Source of the DNA: Eledone cirrhosa
Lineage: Eukaryota
DNA: 64,000 nucleotides
Direction: 5' to 3'
NCBI GenBank assembly: GCA_964016885.1
Contig: OZ024754.1
Span: 44,020,001 to 44,084,000, forward strand
In this document: one piece after another, positions 25,924-38,663 of the stretch
How positions within the stretch are numbered: the first letter of the stretch is position 1
Layout of the letters: each line of letters starts with the position of its first letter
Made by a program: the position numbers and the translations under genes
The notes under the pieces: model-generated
Database searches by the model: none
Seen by the model: only the letters and a program-made list of their open reading frames with translations
What the model was told of the DNA's origin: nothing

Positions 25924-26607
25924 CTGGGCTTTTCATTGCAGAGATTTCACAGTAAGTTTTATCAGATTCAGAAAGACTTCTCATATGGGATTTGCTGACC
26001 ACAGAATAAACATGCTCATCGTTGTTCTTAGAACTTTCTGCCTTTCCGTGACCAGACATAGTCAATGACTTCACCTTGGAGCTTGGCATTTCAGAATTCA
26101 TGAGGGCAGCTGCTCCTTTTACACAAGGTGACAACTCCTGGTATGGGGGCCGACTATTATTTCCGTTAAACTGAACATTGTCATATCTTGGTGAAACTGG
26201 TGGGGCTTTAGTTGGAATCACATGTCTGTCAAGGTTAGGAAGGGTGTCTTGTGAAGACAAGTTGTGTTCACAGTCAGAATTGCCGACTGATACGTATGTC
26301 ACAAATTTCTTAGTATCTTCAGAAGTATTATTTACATTAGAATATATACCACTTGAGGTAACCTTCCATTCTTGGTCTATTGGAGTAACTGGTCTGCAAG
26401 TTGGGGAATTTGAATAAAGTCCAGGGCTTGGAGTTCTTTGGGTTGGTGAGAGATTTTGTGGGGACATATCAACAGGAGACAGACTATTCGAGGTACATTG
26501 TTCTGGGGTTACAGTTAAGTTTTCTGGCTTCTTTTTCCTCTCGGGTGGAAGAGGGGTTTCTTGGCAGGGTTTGCATTCAAAGTCAGAAAATGTAGGAATG
26601 GAATTTT
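25924..26607 (-). CDS. PTP large Pro/Ser/Thr-rich (PEST-like) tail exon
   Basis: 684 nt open frame (E)NSIPTF...SAMKSP, tag|...|gtaagt, phase 1 to 1. Confidence 0.88.
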
Positions 26608-26758
26608 CTAAATAGAAAAAGATTTGTAACAAATATATATAGAGAGGCAGGTGTGTGTATGTAAGTAGGAAAGATAGGTGTGTGTGTGAGTGAGAGAGAG
26701 TTAGTGAGAGAGAGTGAGAGAGAGTGAGTGTGTTAAATAAAAACAGTTGAATATTTAC

Positions 26759-26780
26759 CGCATGTGACGTTTTCATATCC
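26759..26780 (-). CDS. PTP 22-nt microexon GYENVTC
   Basis: Pyrimidine tract, cag|...|gtaaat; phase 0 to 1 is exactly what is needed to join the flanking exons. Confidence 0.75.
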
Positions 26781-27264
26781 CTGGAAAGAGAAAAAATAAA
26801 GAAAATTAGATGAAGGACTTCGTTTAGTTGTTGTTAGATATATGTAATGATGTTAATAATGGAGGTGTTGTGAGGTTGTTTGTGTGTGAGAAAGGATCTA
26901 ATATATAATGATTAGAGAACTGTGAGACTGTGTCCAGTTTATTATTTTTTATCACGTTATTAAAATAAGTTGGATTACTTTGAATAAATCATGAATAAAT
27001 ATTATATGATTTATCTACTAAATTCTGTAGCTCTTGATTAAAGATAAATATTCTTATATATGAAATGTATTGCTTGTTTCAAGATTCACTTCTTTTAAAA
27101 TTTTCAAATGTCAACACTTCTGTTAGTGTCCATTATATCATAACACTTTGCCATACACTATATCACATCACTTATATAAACGTTTATATATTTGCATCAT
27201 TCTATGTATGTGTATATATATATATACATATACACCACAACATCCAGTCCAAAATAATGAATCG

Positions 27265-27502
27265 TGTAGGTGTCACGACAAAAAAACAGTCCGCGCTGTA
27301 GTGTGGCCGTGTAGGTAACATGGTAAAAAGCTCCCAGTCCACACTGTAAATGTGGTTGGTGTTAGGAAGGGCATCCAGCTGTAGAAAACCAGCCAGACAG
27401 TCCTATACGAGCGAGACACGGTCACCCGACCAACCTTGCCTCAAATTGGGACAATTCCTGTCTAACCCATGCTAGCGTAGAAGATAGACGTTAAACGACG
27501 AT
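27265..27502 (+). mobile_element. RTE 3' UTR fragment; similar fragments at ~22160-22350, 25205-25280 and 60850-61007
   Basis: GTTAGGAAGGGCATCCAGCTGTAGAAAACC...CCCATGCTAGCGT. Confidence 0.7.
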
Positions 27503-27520
27503 ACATATACATATATATAC

Positions 27521-27553
<33 letters not shown>

Positions 27554-27594
27554 TACATGTATATGAAAAGCAATAAAACCTTTCTAGAACTTAC

Positions 27595-27732
27595 ATGGTC
27601 ACTGACATCACCAGACTTGGTCATGTTAATAGTTTCATAGACATTGATATTTTCATAATGGCAGATTCCCAGTGTCTTCAAATGGTTCTTGAATATCTGT
27701 CGCACAACATAATGTGCCAGTTGGTATTGGTC
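27595..27732 (-). CDS. PTP exon DQYQLAHYVVRQIFKNHLKTLGICHYENINVYETINMTKSGDVSDH
   Basis: 138 nt, tag|...|gtaagt; QY ends the catalytic domain. Confidence 0.9.
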
Positions 27733-27986
27733 CTAGGTAGAGAGTTCAATAGCAATTATTGAACACCACTTAGACAACCACATGCATACATACCTGCATA
27801 CACACACAAACATACATACATGTACACACATATACATGCATACACACACACACAAACATACATGCATACACACGTGCGTGCACACAGACATATGCACACA
27901 CAGACACACATACATGCACATGCACACACAAACATGAATATACACACAGAAGTATACATGTACACATAGGCACTATGATAGATGTT

Positions 27987-28765
27987 TTAATGACAGCCAC
28001 TATGACAAGTGTCCTAATGACAGCCACTATGACAGGTGTCCTAATGACAGCCACTATGACAGGTGTCCTAATGACAGCCACTATGACAGGTGTCCTAATG
28101 ACAGCCACTATGACAAGTGTCCTAATGACAGCCACTATGACAGGTGTCCTAATGACAGCCACTATGACAGGTGTCCTAATGACAGCCACTATGACAGGTG
28201 TCCTAATGACAGCCACTATGACAGGTGTCCTAATGACAGCCACTATGACAGGTGTCCTAATGACAGCCACTATGACAAGTGTCCTAATGACAGCCACTAT
28301 GACAGGTGTCCTAATGACAGCCACTATGACAGGTGTCCTAATGACAGCCACTATGACAAGTGTCCTAATGACAGCCACTATGACAGGTGTCCTAATGACA
28401 GCCACTATGACAAGTGTCCTAATGACAGCCACTATGACAAGTGTCCTAATGACAGCCACTATGACAAGTGTCCTAATGACAGCCACTATGACAAGTGTCC
28501 TAATGACAGCCACTATGACAGGTGTCCTAATGACAGCCACTATGACAAGTGTCCTAATGACAGCCACTATGACAAGTGTCCTAATGACAGCCACTATGAC
28601 AAGTGTCCTAATGACAGCCACTATGACAGGTGTCCTAATGACAGCCACTATGACAGGTGTCCTAATGACTGCCACTATGATAGTTGTTATGATAACTGTC
28701 CTAATGACTGCCACTATGACATGTCCTAATGGCAGCCACTATGACAGCCACTATGACATGTCCTA
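27987..28765. repeat. 24-bp minisatellite, ~30 copies
   Basis: CTAATGACAGCCACTATGACA(G/A)GTGTC. Confidence 0.92.
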
Positions 28766-28828
28766 TGTACATCAGATTCAAGAACTTCAATGTCAGCAAG
28801 AAATTAGTTTGAGAACTGAAATACTTAC

Positions 28829-28906
28829 AGGAGTTTGAACCATTGATTGTCGCTGGGTTCTCATAAATTTAATAATTTCACAAAGGCTAAAGTCTGGAGT
28901 GATTTT
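28829..28906 (-). CDS. PTP exon KITPDFSLCEIIKFMRTQRQSMVQTP
   Basis: 78 nt, tag|...|gtaagt; MRxQR and VQT (Q-loop). Confidence 0.93.
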
Positions 28907-29386
28907 CTATAATGAAACAATAAAGATAAACAAATTGATGAGACTTTGGATTAAAACAAGACAGTTCCACTTTATAATATTGTCATCGGCTTCATTGTTT
29001 GTGTGTGTGTGTGACAGCTCACACCTAGGCAGGTTTAGCTGGCCTCTTCCAAAGTATATCTCGGAGGTGTCTTGGGTAATTTAATGATAGGGACCCCAGT
29101 CCTATCATCACATTTCTACAGCTGAGTAAACTGGAGCAACATGAAATAAAGAGTCTTGCTCAAGGATACAACACATCACCCGGTCCGAGAATTGAACTCA
29201 CACCCTTTCGATTGCAAGCCCAATGCTCTAACCACTAGGCCATGCACCTTCATATGTCCAGTACTCTAATGAGAGCTCAGTAATCAGAAGAAGTAGGTAG
29301 CTGTAAAAGCCAAACTTGCTATCTTCAATTCAGTATACCTAGCACATAGAAATCTAGGCCTTGTGTAAAACTATTTCTATACTCAC

Positions 29387-29453
29387 ATTAGATTTCAGCA
29401 GATTCTGGGCATAGTCTATGGCACAAATAGTTCCAGTTCGTCCACAGCCAGCA
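29387..29453 (-). CDS. PTP exon (S)AGCGRTGTICAIDYAQNLLKSN
   Basis: 67 nt, cag|...|gtgagt; completes HCSAGCGRTG. The AGCGRTGxICAIDY string is characteristic of PTPN12/18/22. Confidence 0.95.
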
Positions 29454-29668
29454 CTGAAGGAGAAGACAGAAGGTATGATTGATAACATTTCAATATATAA
29501 GAAACACAGGAAAGATAAAGAGGGTGAGGTGAGAGGGTGGGGTGAGAGGGTGAGGCGAGGGGTTGAGGCGAGGGGGTGAGGAGAGGGAGTGAGGCGAGGG
29601 GTGAGGCGAGGGGGTGAGACGAGGGGGTGAGACGAGAGAGTGAGACAGGGAAGATGAGTGTTAGTTAC

Positions 29669-29877
29669 CTGCAATGGACAACAACTGGTACTTCTGGTCT
29701 TACTCGCTCTGCTAACATCTGGATGGTCTGCAAGATAGAAGTTTGGTCCTCGACATCAGGCACTCCGTGGTCAGGCCATTCAGCGAGATGAAGTTGGGTG
29801 ATATGTTGTACAGTGTCTCCTTGCTTGGCACTCATTTGGCGCACAATGAAGTCTGATGAATGCTTTGTTTCACTGAG
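29669..29877 (-). CDS. PTP exon LSETKH...WPDHGVP...VPVVVHC(S)
   Basis: 209 nt, cag|...AG|gtaact, phase 0 to 2; WPD loop and catalytic HC. Confidence 0.95.
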
Positions 29878-30457
29878 CTGTGAACAAACAACATGAAAAT
29901 AAACAGATTTATTCAATACTGTAAGTCAGTAGAGTGCAGGGGTGTTGTAGTGGGATACAGCATGTCTTGGGTACATTAAACCTAGCAGAGTTCATCCCCT
30001 CTCTTGGTCTGAACACAGCCGATTTCTTCCAGAGAAGGAGAAAGAGTGATAAAGAGGAAGTGAGAAAGAGATATAAAGGAAGAATTAACCCAATACTGGA
30101 CTGGTACTTTTGTTTATCAACCTCGAAAAAATGAAAACAAAGTTGACCTTGGTGGGATTTGAACTCAGACCACAGAAAAATGCAATACCATAAAACATTC
30201 TATCTGACCTAACAATTCTCTTGACATGTACATCACCTCTAGAGTATGTTAATATCTGATTAATGTTCACTAAAGACTGAACAGAGACGGTGAACATGTA
30301 TACCACCTCTAGAGTGTGTTAACATCTCATTGCTCTCCCTAAGTGTAGCATTAAGTTTTTGGTATGCTGTCAGTGGTTTGCAATCTGATAAATTCTGCCT
30401 TTCCTCTCCTCGATATACTGATTACTATGAAGAAATAAAAAACAAAACAGCACTTAC

Positions 30458-30526
30458 CAATTTAACTTCAATGTTGCCAAATAACTTGGTTTCACTGTCT
30501 TTAGGCCAATATCGCTCACATTTTGG
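30458..30526 (-). CDS. PTP exon PKCERYWPKDSETKLFGNIEVKL
   Basis: 69 nt, cag|...|gtaagt; KCxxYWP motif. Confidence 0.95.
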
Positions 30527-31218
30527 CTGGAAGAAAGATAAAGATAGAAAATTGGTTGAAATTTTAGTGATGGAAAGGGAGATAAAGAGGGGAAATGAAG
30601 ACAACACAAGAGAGACATCAAGCTGATAAATCTGGTTTTTGACACTTCTTACTCTGACCAAACTAAGAAAATGACTAAGCTTGCATTTTCTACTACACAG
30701 TTCACACTGATCATGACAAGTCATACCACCAGACATCCCCTCCACTGCTTTCGATATTTCCACAATGCTGTTATGCAACAAAGATGTTTAGAAATTTATT
30801 TATTGCAGTAATTAATATATATTTACTTTATACAAATTTGTCTAAGCTGATTTTTTAAGCTTCAGTAATGCCCCTCATTGAGGTCTGTACCCTAGTTGTG
30901 GCCTTAGTAGTAGCACCTGCCCTGATTATAGGTTTAATTGAGGAAGAGGTTCCTGGGACAACACCTACTCTCCTTCGTGTTTAATGAGATTACTGTCTGC
31001 TCTGAGGCATTGAACTGAGGGTTGCAAGTCAACAAAAACTGTGTTACTTCTGTGTTTTGGCTTGCATTGAGAAATGATAACAACATGCAGTTAGCTATTT
31101 AAAACTAAGAGGACTCAGCTATTAAGTGTCAGCCATAGTTATATGTTGTCTCAGTGGTAGGAGATGTCCTGAGTAGCCTTGATATCTCTTGATCAGCCAA
31201 TCTCCAATAAGTTTATCT

Positions 31219-31447
31219 TTAACCCTTTAGCATTTAAACCAGCCATGTCCAGCCAGAATTCTCTCACCTCTTTCTGTTCAAACCAGCTGTAACCAGCCAC
31301 TCATACCAACGTTAAGGTATTGTTCTCAAAATAAATAATATCAAAATCTCATAGATTTGATGTTATGTGAGATAATTATGTGATGTAAATCCTTTACGAC
31401 AAAAATACAATAATAAATATAGAGTAATAGAAATGTTAAAGGGTTAA
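31219..31447 (+). mobile_element. piggyBac-type MITE (~220 bp); copies at 13377-13579, 23344-23572 and 50435-50653
   Basis: TTAA|CCCTTTAGCATT ... AATG(C/T)TAAAGGG|TTAA terminal inverted repeats with TTAA target duplication; no ORF. Confidence 0.85.
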
Positions 31448-31934
31448 ATCTATAGCTATGGAAAGATCTGGCATTCTGAATCCCTGACCAACTCCCTACT
31501 TACTAGGATTAGAGCAAAGATGGCTATTCACAAGAATAAGCCCTCTGAGCTGGACTGGCTCTTTCAATGGAGCTCACTTACCATCCTCCAAAGAAATATA
31601 TTCCTTATTCTATCTGCCGAGATTATGAAATAACAATAGACTTCACTCTTAACATCCTGTAATGTTTCAATAGAAAATATCTAAAAACAAGTTTATGTGA
31701 AACTAAAGGAAACACTTTAACATGTGATGTGGTCAAGGTTCGGTTTTGGACTTCTTTCTAAGAGTGTTGTTAATGTGATTTCAAGTGGACAGGAAGTTAA
31801 CAACAACAACAACAAAACAATATCGTACAACAACAGAATATCAAATAACAACAACAATATAGACCAACAACAACACAATACAAAACAACAACAACAGCAA
31901 CAGCAAGAACAATAATGGTATAACGGTGTATTAC

Positions 31935-32069
31935 CTTGTTACCTTCTTCTTCCTTACAGCCCATCACAACAGTCTCAATGTTTAGTTCCATTATCATTCG
32001 CCAGAAGTCTGCGACTGTGTTTGGTAACGGCCCTTGGCAGGCAATATAACCATGCCCACTGACTGCTGA
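31935..32069 (-). CDS. PTP exon SAVSGHGYIACQGPLPNTVADFWRMIMELNIETVVMGCKEEEGNK
   Basis: 135 nt, tag|...|gtaata; YIAxQGP and DFWRMI motifs. Confidence 0.95.
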
Positions 32070-32144
32070 CTAGAACAATATACAACGGCTTAATTAAGGC
32101 TTTCTGTTATTGCTGTAGGGAAAAACCCTTAAACACCACCGCCT

Positions 32145-33545
32145 CATCATAAAATACACCCAGTCCACTCTGTAAAGTGGTAGTGTTGGTGTCATGATAA
32201 AATACACCCAGTCCATTCTGTAAAGTGGTAGTGTTGGTGTCATGATAAAATACACCCAGTCCACTCTGTAAAGTGGTAGTGTTGGTGTCATGATAAAATA
32301 CACCCAGTCCACTCTAAAGTAGCAGTGGTGGTGTCAATAAAATACACCTAGTACACTCTGTAAAGTGATAATGTTGGTGTCATGATAAAATACACCCAGT
32401 ACATTCTGTAAAGTGGTAGTGTTGGTGTCATGATAAAATACACCCAGTCCACTCTGTAAAGTGGTAGTGTTGGTGTCATGATAAAATACACCCAGTCCAC
32501 TCTAAAGTAGCAGTGGTGGTGTCAATAAAATACACCTAGTACACTCTGTAAAGTGATAATGTTGGTGTCATGATAAAATACACCCAGTCCACTCTGTAAA
32601 GTGGTAGTGTTGGTGTCATGATAAAATACACCCAGTCCATTCTAAAGAAACAGTGGTGGTGTCAATAAAATACACCTAGTACACTCTGTAAAGTGGTAGT
32701 GTTGGTGTCATGATAAAATACACCCAGTACATTCTGTAAAGTGGTAGTGTTGGTGTCATGATAAAATACACCCAGTCCACTCTGTAAAGTGGTAGTGTTG
32801 GTGTCATGATAAAATACACCCAGTCCACTCTAAAGTAGCAGTGGTGGTGTCAATAAAATACACCTAGTACACTCTGTAAAGTGATAATGTTGGTGTCATG
32901 ATAAAATACACCCAGTACACTCTGTAAAGTGGTAGTGTTGGTGTCATGATAAAATACACCCAGTACATTCTGTAAAGTGGTAGTGTTGGTGTCATGATAA
33001 AATACACCTAGTCCACTCTGTAAAGTGGTAGTGTTGGTGTCATGATAAAATACACCTAGTCCACTCTGTAAAGTGGTAGTGTTGGTGTCATGATAAAATA
33101 CACCTAGTCCACTCTGTAAAGTGGTAGTGTTGGTGTCATGATAAAATACACCTAGTCCACTCTGTAAAGTGGTAGTGTTAGTGTCATGATAAAATACACC
33201 CAGTACACTCTGTAAAGTGGTAGTGTTGGTGTCATGATAAAATACACCTAGTCCACTCTGTAAAGTGGTAGTGTTGGTGTCATGATAAAATACACCCAGT
33301 ACACTCTGTAAAGTGGTAGTGTTAGTGTCATGATAAAATACACCCAGTACACTCTGTAAAGTGGTAGTGTTGGTGTCATGATAAAATACACCCAGTACAC
33401 TCTGTAAAGTGGTAGTGTTAGTGTCATGATAAAATACACCCAGTACACTCTGTAAAGTGGTAGTGTTGGTGTCATGATAAAATACACCCAGTCCACTCTG
33501 TAAAGTGGTAGTGTTAGTGTCATGATAAAATACACCCAGTACACT
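32145..33545. repeat. ~48-bp minisatellite related to the RTE 3' UTR unit
   Basis: AAAATACACCCAGTCCACTCTGTAAAGTGGTAGTGTTGGTGTCATGAT. Confidence 0.9.
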
Positions 33546-33621
33546 TAAAAGGATGAAAAAGAAATTTTAGTATAAACTCTTTAAAATTAAGGGTTTGAAG
33601 GGTTTCTAAGAGAGTACTTAC

Positions 33622-33698
33622 TTGAATATAATTAGCATTGATGTAGTCTGAGCCAGGTACATTAGGAATGGCTTTTAACTTCACGCGGGTGGCATCAT
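33622..33698 (-). CDS. PTP exon (Y)DATRVKLKAIPNVPGSDYINANYIQ
   Basis: 77 nt, tag|...|gtaagt, phase 1 to 0; RVKL and DYINAN motifs. Confidence 0.95.
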
Positions 33699-34667
33699 CT
33701 AAGGAGAAGATAGAAAAGAGAAAGAGGTAAGAGGGGTACATTTTTAATATCAAAGAAACAGGGGGGAAAGTGTTCTTAATCTCAGATCAAGTCATCTGCC
33801 AGACATGTCCAACTGTGGCTCAGTTGAATACCAATACCACCAGCACCACCACCTGTACTGTAATGACACCACCACCTGTACTGTAATGATACCACCACCT
33901 GTACTGTAATGATACCACCACACCACCCATGGCTAGCTATACCACCACCACCACCACCGCCATACCATCCATGGTCGCTATATACCCCACCACCATGCCC
34001 CCCCCCCCCCCTCCGGGTCTGCTATATACCCCACCACCACCACACCACCCATATCCCCCCCCCCCCTCCACCCACCCGCTATATAAACATCAGACTGTGG
34101 TGGCTAGAGAGAAGTTTGTAAAACAATAATCTGGTGATGGAAATAATTCAGTTAATTAGTCTGGTGACATTTGAAGGGGAGAGAGAGAGGGGAGAGAGGG
34201 AGGGAGACGAGGAGAGAGAAACAGGGAGAGAGAGAGAGAAACAGGGGGAGAGAGAGAGAAACAGGGGGAGAGAGAGAGAAACAGGGGGAGAGAGAGTAGA
34301 GAGAGAGAGAGAAATAAGAAAAGATAAATTTCTAACATGTATATATTTGTACACCACCCCGCCACACCAATACCAACACTTGGTCACACACACACAACCT
34401 CACACATACTAACACTGCCACACCCACCCTCACATAACACCATTATACTTTCTCTCTCTCACTCATTCTCTCTTATGCACCACCACCCCCACACACACAC
34501 ATACCCCTCCCATACACACAAACACACACATACCCCTCACACAGACACACAGAAAGACACACCCTAGGACACACAAAGGGAAAAAAACCATGAAATGCTG
34601 TATTGTTACATAATTGTTTCTAATTTTGGCACAAGGCCAGTAATCTGAAGGGAGGGGGGTGAGTCAA

Positions 34668-35084
34668 TTAACCCTTTAACATTTACATTACTCTATATTT
34701 ACTATTGTGTTTTCATAGTAAAGGTTTTATCTCATATAATTATCTCACATAATATTGAATCTAAGAGAGTTTGATATTATTTATTTTGAGAACAATACCT
34801 ACACATCGGTATGAGCTGCTAGTTATGGCTGGTTTGAACAGAAAGATGTGAGAGAATTCTGGCCAGATACGGCCGGTTTAACCCTTTAGCATTTAAACTG
34901 GCCAAATCCAGCCAGAATTCTCTGTTTAAACCAACTGTAGCCAGCCCTTCATACTGATGTTAAGGTATTGTTCTCAAAATAAATGACATCAAAATCTCAT
35001 AGATTCGATATTGTGTGAGATAAAGCCTCTACCACAAAAATACAATAGTATATATAGAGAGTAATGTAAATGCTAAAGGGTTAA
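34668..35084. mobile_element. Two copies of the MITE head-to-head (34668-34881 -, 34878-35084 +)
   Basis: Shared TTAA at 34878-34881; the minus copy lacks its left TIR. Confidence 0.75.
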
Positions 35085-35313
35085 AAGAGATTTATGTATT
35101 GGTGGTAGTAAACTTATTTCTCCAGAAAATACTAGGACTAGAAATATGTGGTTATATGTTTGTGTGTGTCCTCAATGGATGTTCCTTTACGGTCTCCATA
35201 ATTTGACCTCATAACCATGTAGTTGGTTGATAGATTTGAAGAGATTGGCTGATCTCATTCCTGTGGAGTAACAACAACAATAAGATATGGTAAAAGACTA
35301 AGGTGTCACTTAC

Positions 35314-35422
35314 ATGGTATGATATCTTTATATCTGTTCTTTTTGATGTTGTAGATCTGTTTACCTTCTTCGGCTGGGTACGTATCTTCCTCCTTGTCCC
35401 GGATTCCTTGTATACGCAGTTC
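35314..35422 (-). CDS. PEST-family PTP (PTPN12/18/22-like) exon, ELRIQG...KKNRYKDIIP(Y)
   Basis: 109 nt, cag|...|gtaagt, phase 0 to 1; KNRY phosphotyrosine-recognition loop. Confidence 0.93.
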
Positions 35423-36560
35423 CTGTGTAAACAGAAAACAAATTAACCTTTAATAATCAAAAGTTGTGATAATGTTGTCAAGGACACTAATAAATATTAC
35501 TACCACAGTACCTATAAAAAATTAATGTTGTTGTTGTTATTATTAAGGGTAGTGGAATGTCAGTATCAGAGTGTTGGACGACATGTTTTGTTGCATTTAA
35601 TCAAAACCCTTTATATTCCGAGTTCAAATCCTGCCAAGATATTTTATGTACTAAAGGTTACCACATAAACCTTTAAAGTCACTCAAGGTGTAAAGGGTTT
35701 TAACTAAATACTGCAATGATGGGAGGCTCCCGTACAGCTCTGAGTTCTTCATTCTCAGTGTATACTGATTAATGTTCAGAGCCATTCTCGTGTAGCACCC
35801 AATAATATTATTAATAAAAAACAAAATACTGAAATGTTATTTTTCATCCCTTGGAATGCTATCCCACACCCCTGGGAGACCCTGCTCTAGTTCTTTACTA
35901 GTCAACAGACAAAGGTAACCAGTCTGTCCTGTTCAGTGAAATGGTCTTTATGATGGACTTAGCTAGGCTGATAGCCAGATCTGCCCTACATGTGACTACA
36001 GCTTGTCAATATAACTCTACCGATCAGTCATTCTTGGACCAAGCCTGGCTGATGAAAATGACTTAATGCTGACACTGACACCCACCAAGACAAACACAAT
36101 CTATATTAAATAAAATACAGTGTGTATTTAACTTAAGCTGAGGGTGTGTTGGACTAAGAAGTAAAAATACATTTCTAAATCTACAAGTAGTTTCTGAAGC
36201 CCACACTAGATTAAATACACATTAAAATAGGTATGTTTTGAATATGTGACTGTGCAGTACAGGTGAAAGTAGCAATCTGATATGTTTGATGTATATAGGA
36301 ATGTAATGTTGACACATTTATAATCTACAGAATAGTTATACTGAGTACATTTAAGGAGGAAGGAGAAGAGAATAAATTAATATATATATACATATAGTTC
36401 TTTTTTGTTTTGTTTTTCTTTTATAGATTTTTCCATTGGTTGTATAGATGGGAGGTGGCAAATTGGCAGAGTTTTTAGAATATTGATTAAAATTATTCCA
36501 GTTGCTTGCACTCTGAGTTCAAATCCTGCTGAGGACAAATTTGCCTTTCATCCATTTGCA

Positions 36561-36962
36561 TGAAAGGCTGTGTAGTACCTCTGGTTTAGAGTGGGTACAC
36601 CATATCGTAGGCCATGTTGTAAGAACTGAAAGGCTGTGTAGTACCTCTGGTTTAGAGTGGGTACACCATATCGTGGGCCATGTTGTAAGAACTGAAAGGC
36701 TGTGTAGTACCTCTGGTTTAGAGTGGGTACACCATATCGTGGGCCATGTTGTAAGAACTGAAAGGCTGTGTAGTACCTCTGGTTTAGAGTGGGTACACCA
36801 TATCGTGGGCCATGTTGTAAGAACTGAAAGGCTGTGTAGTACCTCTGGTTTAGAGTGGGTACACCATATCGTAGGCCATGTTGTAAGAACTGAAAGGCTG
36901 TGTAGTACCTCTGGTTTAGAGTGGGTACACCATATCGTGGGCCATGTTGTAAGAACTGAAAG
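36561..36962. repeat. 66-bp minisatellite, 6 copies, following a SINE head
   Basis: TGAAAGGCTGTGTAGTACCTCTGGTTTAGAGTGGGTACACCATATCGT(A/G)GGCCATGTTGTAAGAAC. Confidence 0.9.
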
Positions 36963-37120
36963 GGTTGGTGTGCAAAATATTGCCATAAAAGTCCTGTTGA
37001 ACACATGTCAACATAGAAAGGTCAACATAAATATGTTGAGGAGGATCTCTATAGAATAGCTAAGTTGCCTTTTGACATATGAAGATGTCAACCAACTATT
37101 TTACACCAACGAACACACAT

Positions 37121-37155
<35 letters not shown>

Positions 37156-37523
37156 TATATTATATTATATTTATATTATATATATTATATTATATATATA
37201 TATATATATATTATATTATATATATATATATATATTATATTATATTATATTATATTATATATATATTATATTATATATATTATATTATATTATATTATAT
37301 ATTATATTATATTATATATATTATATTATATTATATATTATATTATATTATATATATTATATTATATTATATATATTATATATTATATTATATATATTAT
37401 ATTATATTACATATATATATTATATTATATTATATATATATATATATATTATATTATATATATATATATATATTATATTATATATATATATTATATTATA
37501 TTATATATTATATTATATATATT

Positions 37524-38598
37524 GAGATTCTGTGGACCGTTACTGCCTGATGAAGATCTTACAGGCTTATGGGATCCCCAAGAGGATAGTGGACCTGATA
37601 TCACTGCTCTACACCAACACCCAAGTCATTACACCTGATGGGATGACAGAGTTCTTTGAGATACTGGCTGGAGTGCTCCAGGGAGATACATTGGCTCCCT
37701 ACCTTTTTATCATCGTAGTGGACTATTGTATGTGCCTTGCACTGGAGAAACACCAGGACTCTGGCTTTACTGTAGCACCGGCTGAGAGCAGGAGAGTTCG
37801 GGCGAAAAAGGTATCGGATGCTGAATTTGCCGACGACATAGTTTTGGTGACAAATACAGTGAAGGAGGCAGAGGATTTCATGCGGGAGGTTGAGACTGTG
37901 TCGATGAGTGTGGGGCTGAGAATGAATGAGACTAACACAAAATATCTGGTAGAAAATGTTGAGAAGCCAGAGGGAATCACTAATATAGGCGGGAAGCCGC
38001 TGGAATTGGTTGAGGACTTCCTGTATTTGGGAGCAAAGATTGGGAATACGGAGGATGATGTGGTTGAGAGGAAGAGCAAGGCCTGGGCGGCGTGCCACAG
38101 CTTGAGATCGGTGTGGAAGTCGGACCTTCGTAGAGACCTGAAAGTCCGCCTCTTCATTGCTGTAGTGGAGTCTGTGCTGCTGTATGGATCTGAGACTTGG
38201 ACACTGACCAAGAAACTCACTCAGATGGTGGATGGGTGCTACACGAGAATGCTGAGGATGGCTCTGAACATTAATCAGTATACACTGAGGATGAAAAACT
38301 CAGAGCTGTATGGGAGCCCCCCAAAAGTCAGCTCAAAAGTGACACAGAGGAGACTGAGGTTGGCTGGACATGCTCACCGACATCCAGAGTTGACATTGCA
38401 CTCAGTGCTCCTTTGGGAGCCCCTACATGGACACACTAGAAGAGGAAGATCAAGGTTAACATATGTTGATGCCCTAAGGACAGACACTGGTCTGTTGGAG
38501 ATGCAGGATATGGCAGCGATAATGAGGGACAGAGACCGCTGGAGAGAACTCGTCCATGGATCTCGGGAATTTTACTCGCCTTAGATAGATAGATAGAT
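37524..38598 (+). mobile_element. 5'-truncated non-LTR retrotransposon (RTE-like) RT and C-terminal fragment
   Basis: 350-aa ORF with GVLQGDTLAPYLF, FADD, FLYLG, LLYGSETW and RRLRLAGH; (TAGA)n tail; embedded in a TA/TTA tract. Confidence 0.9.
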
Positions 38599-38663
38599 AT
38601 TATATATATATTATATATATATATATTATATATATTATATATATATATTATATTATATATATT

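Noticed and set aside
27770-28838. Repeat ORFs on both strands
   Set aside because: 24-bp minisatellite inside a PTP intron.
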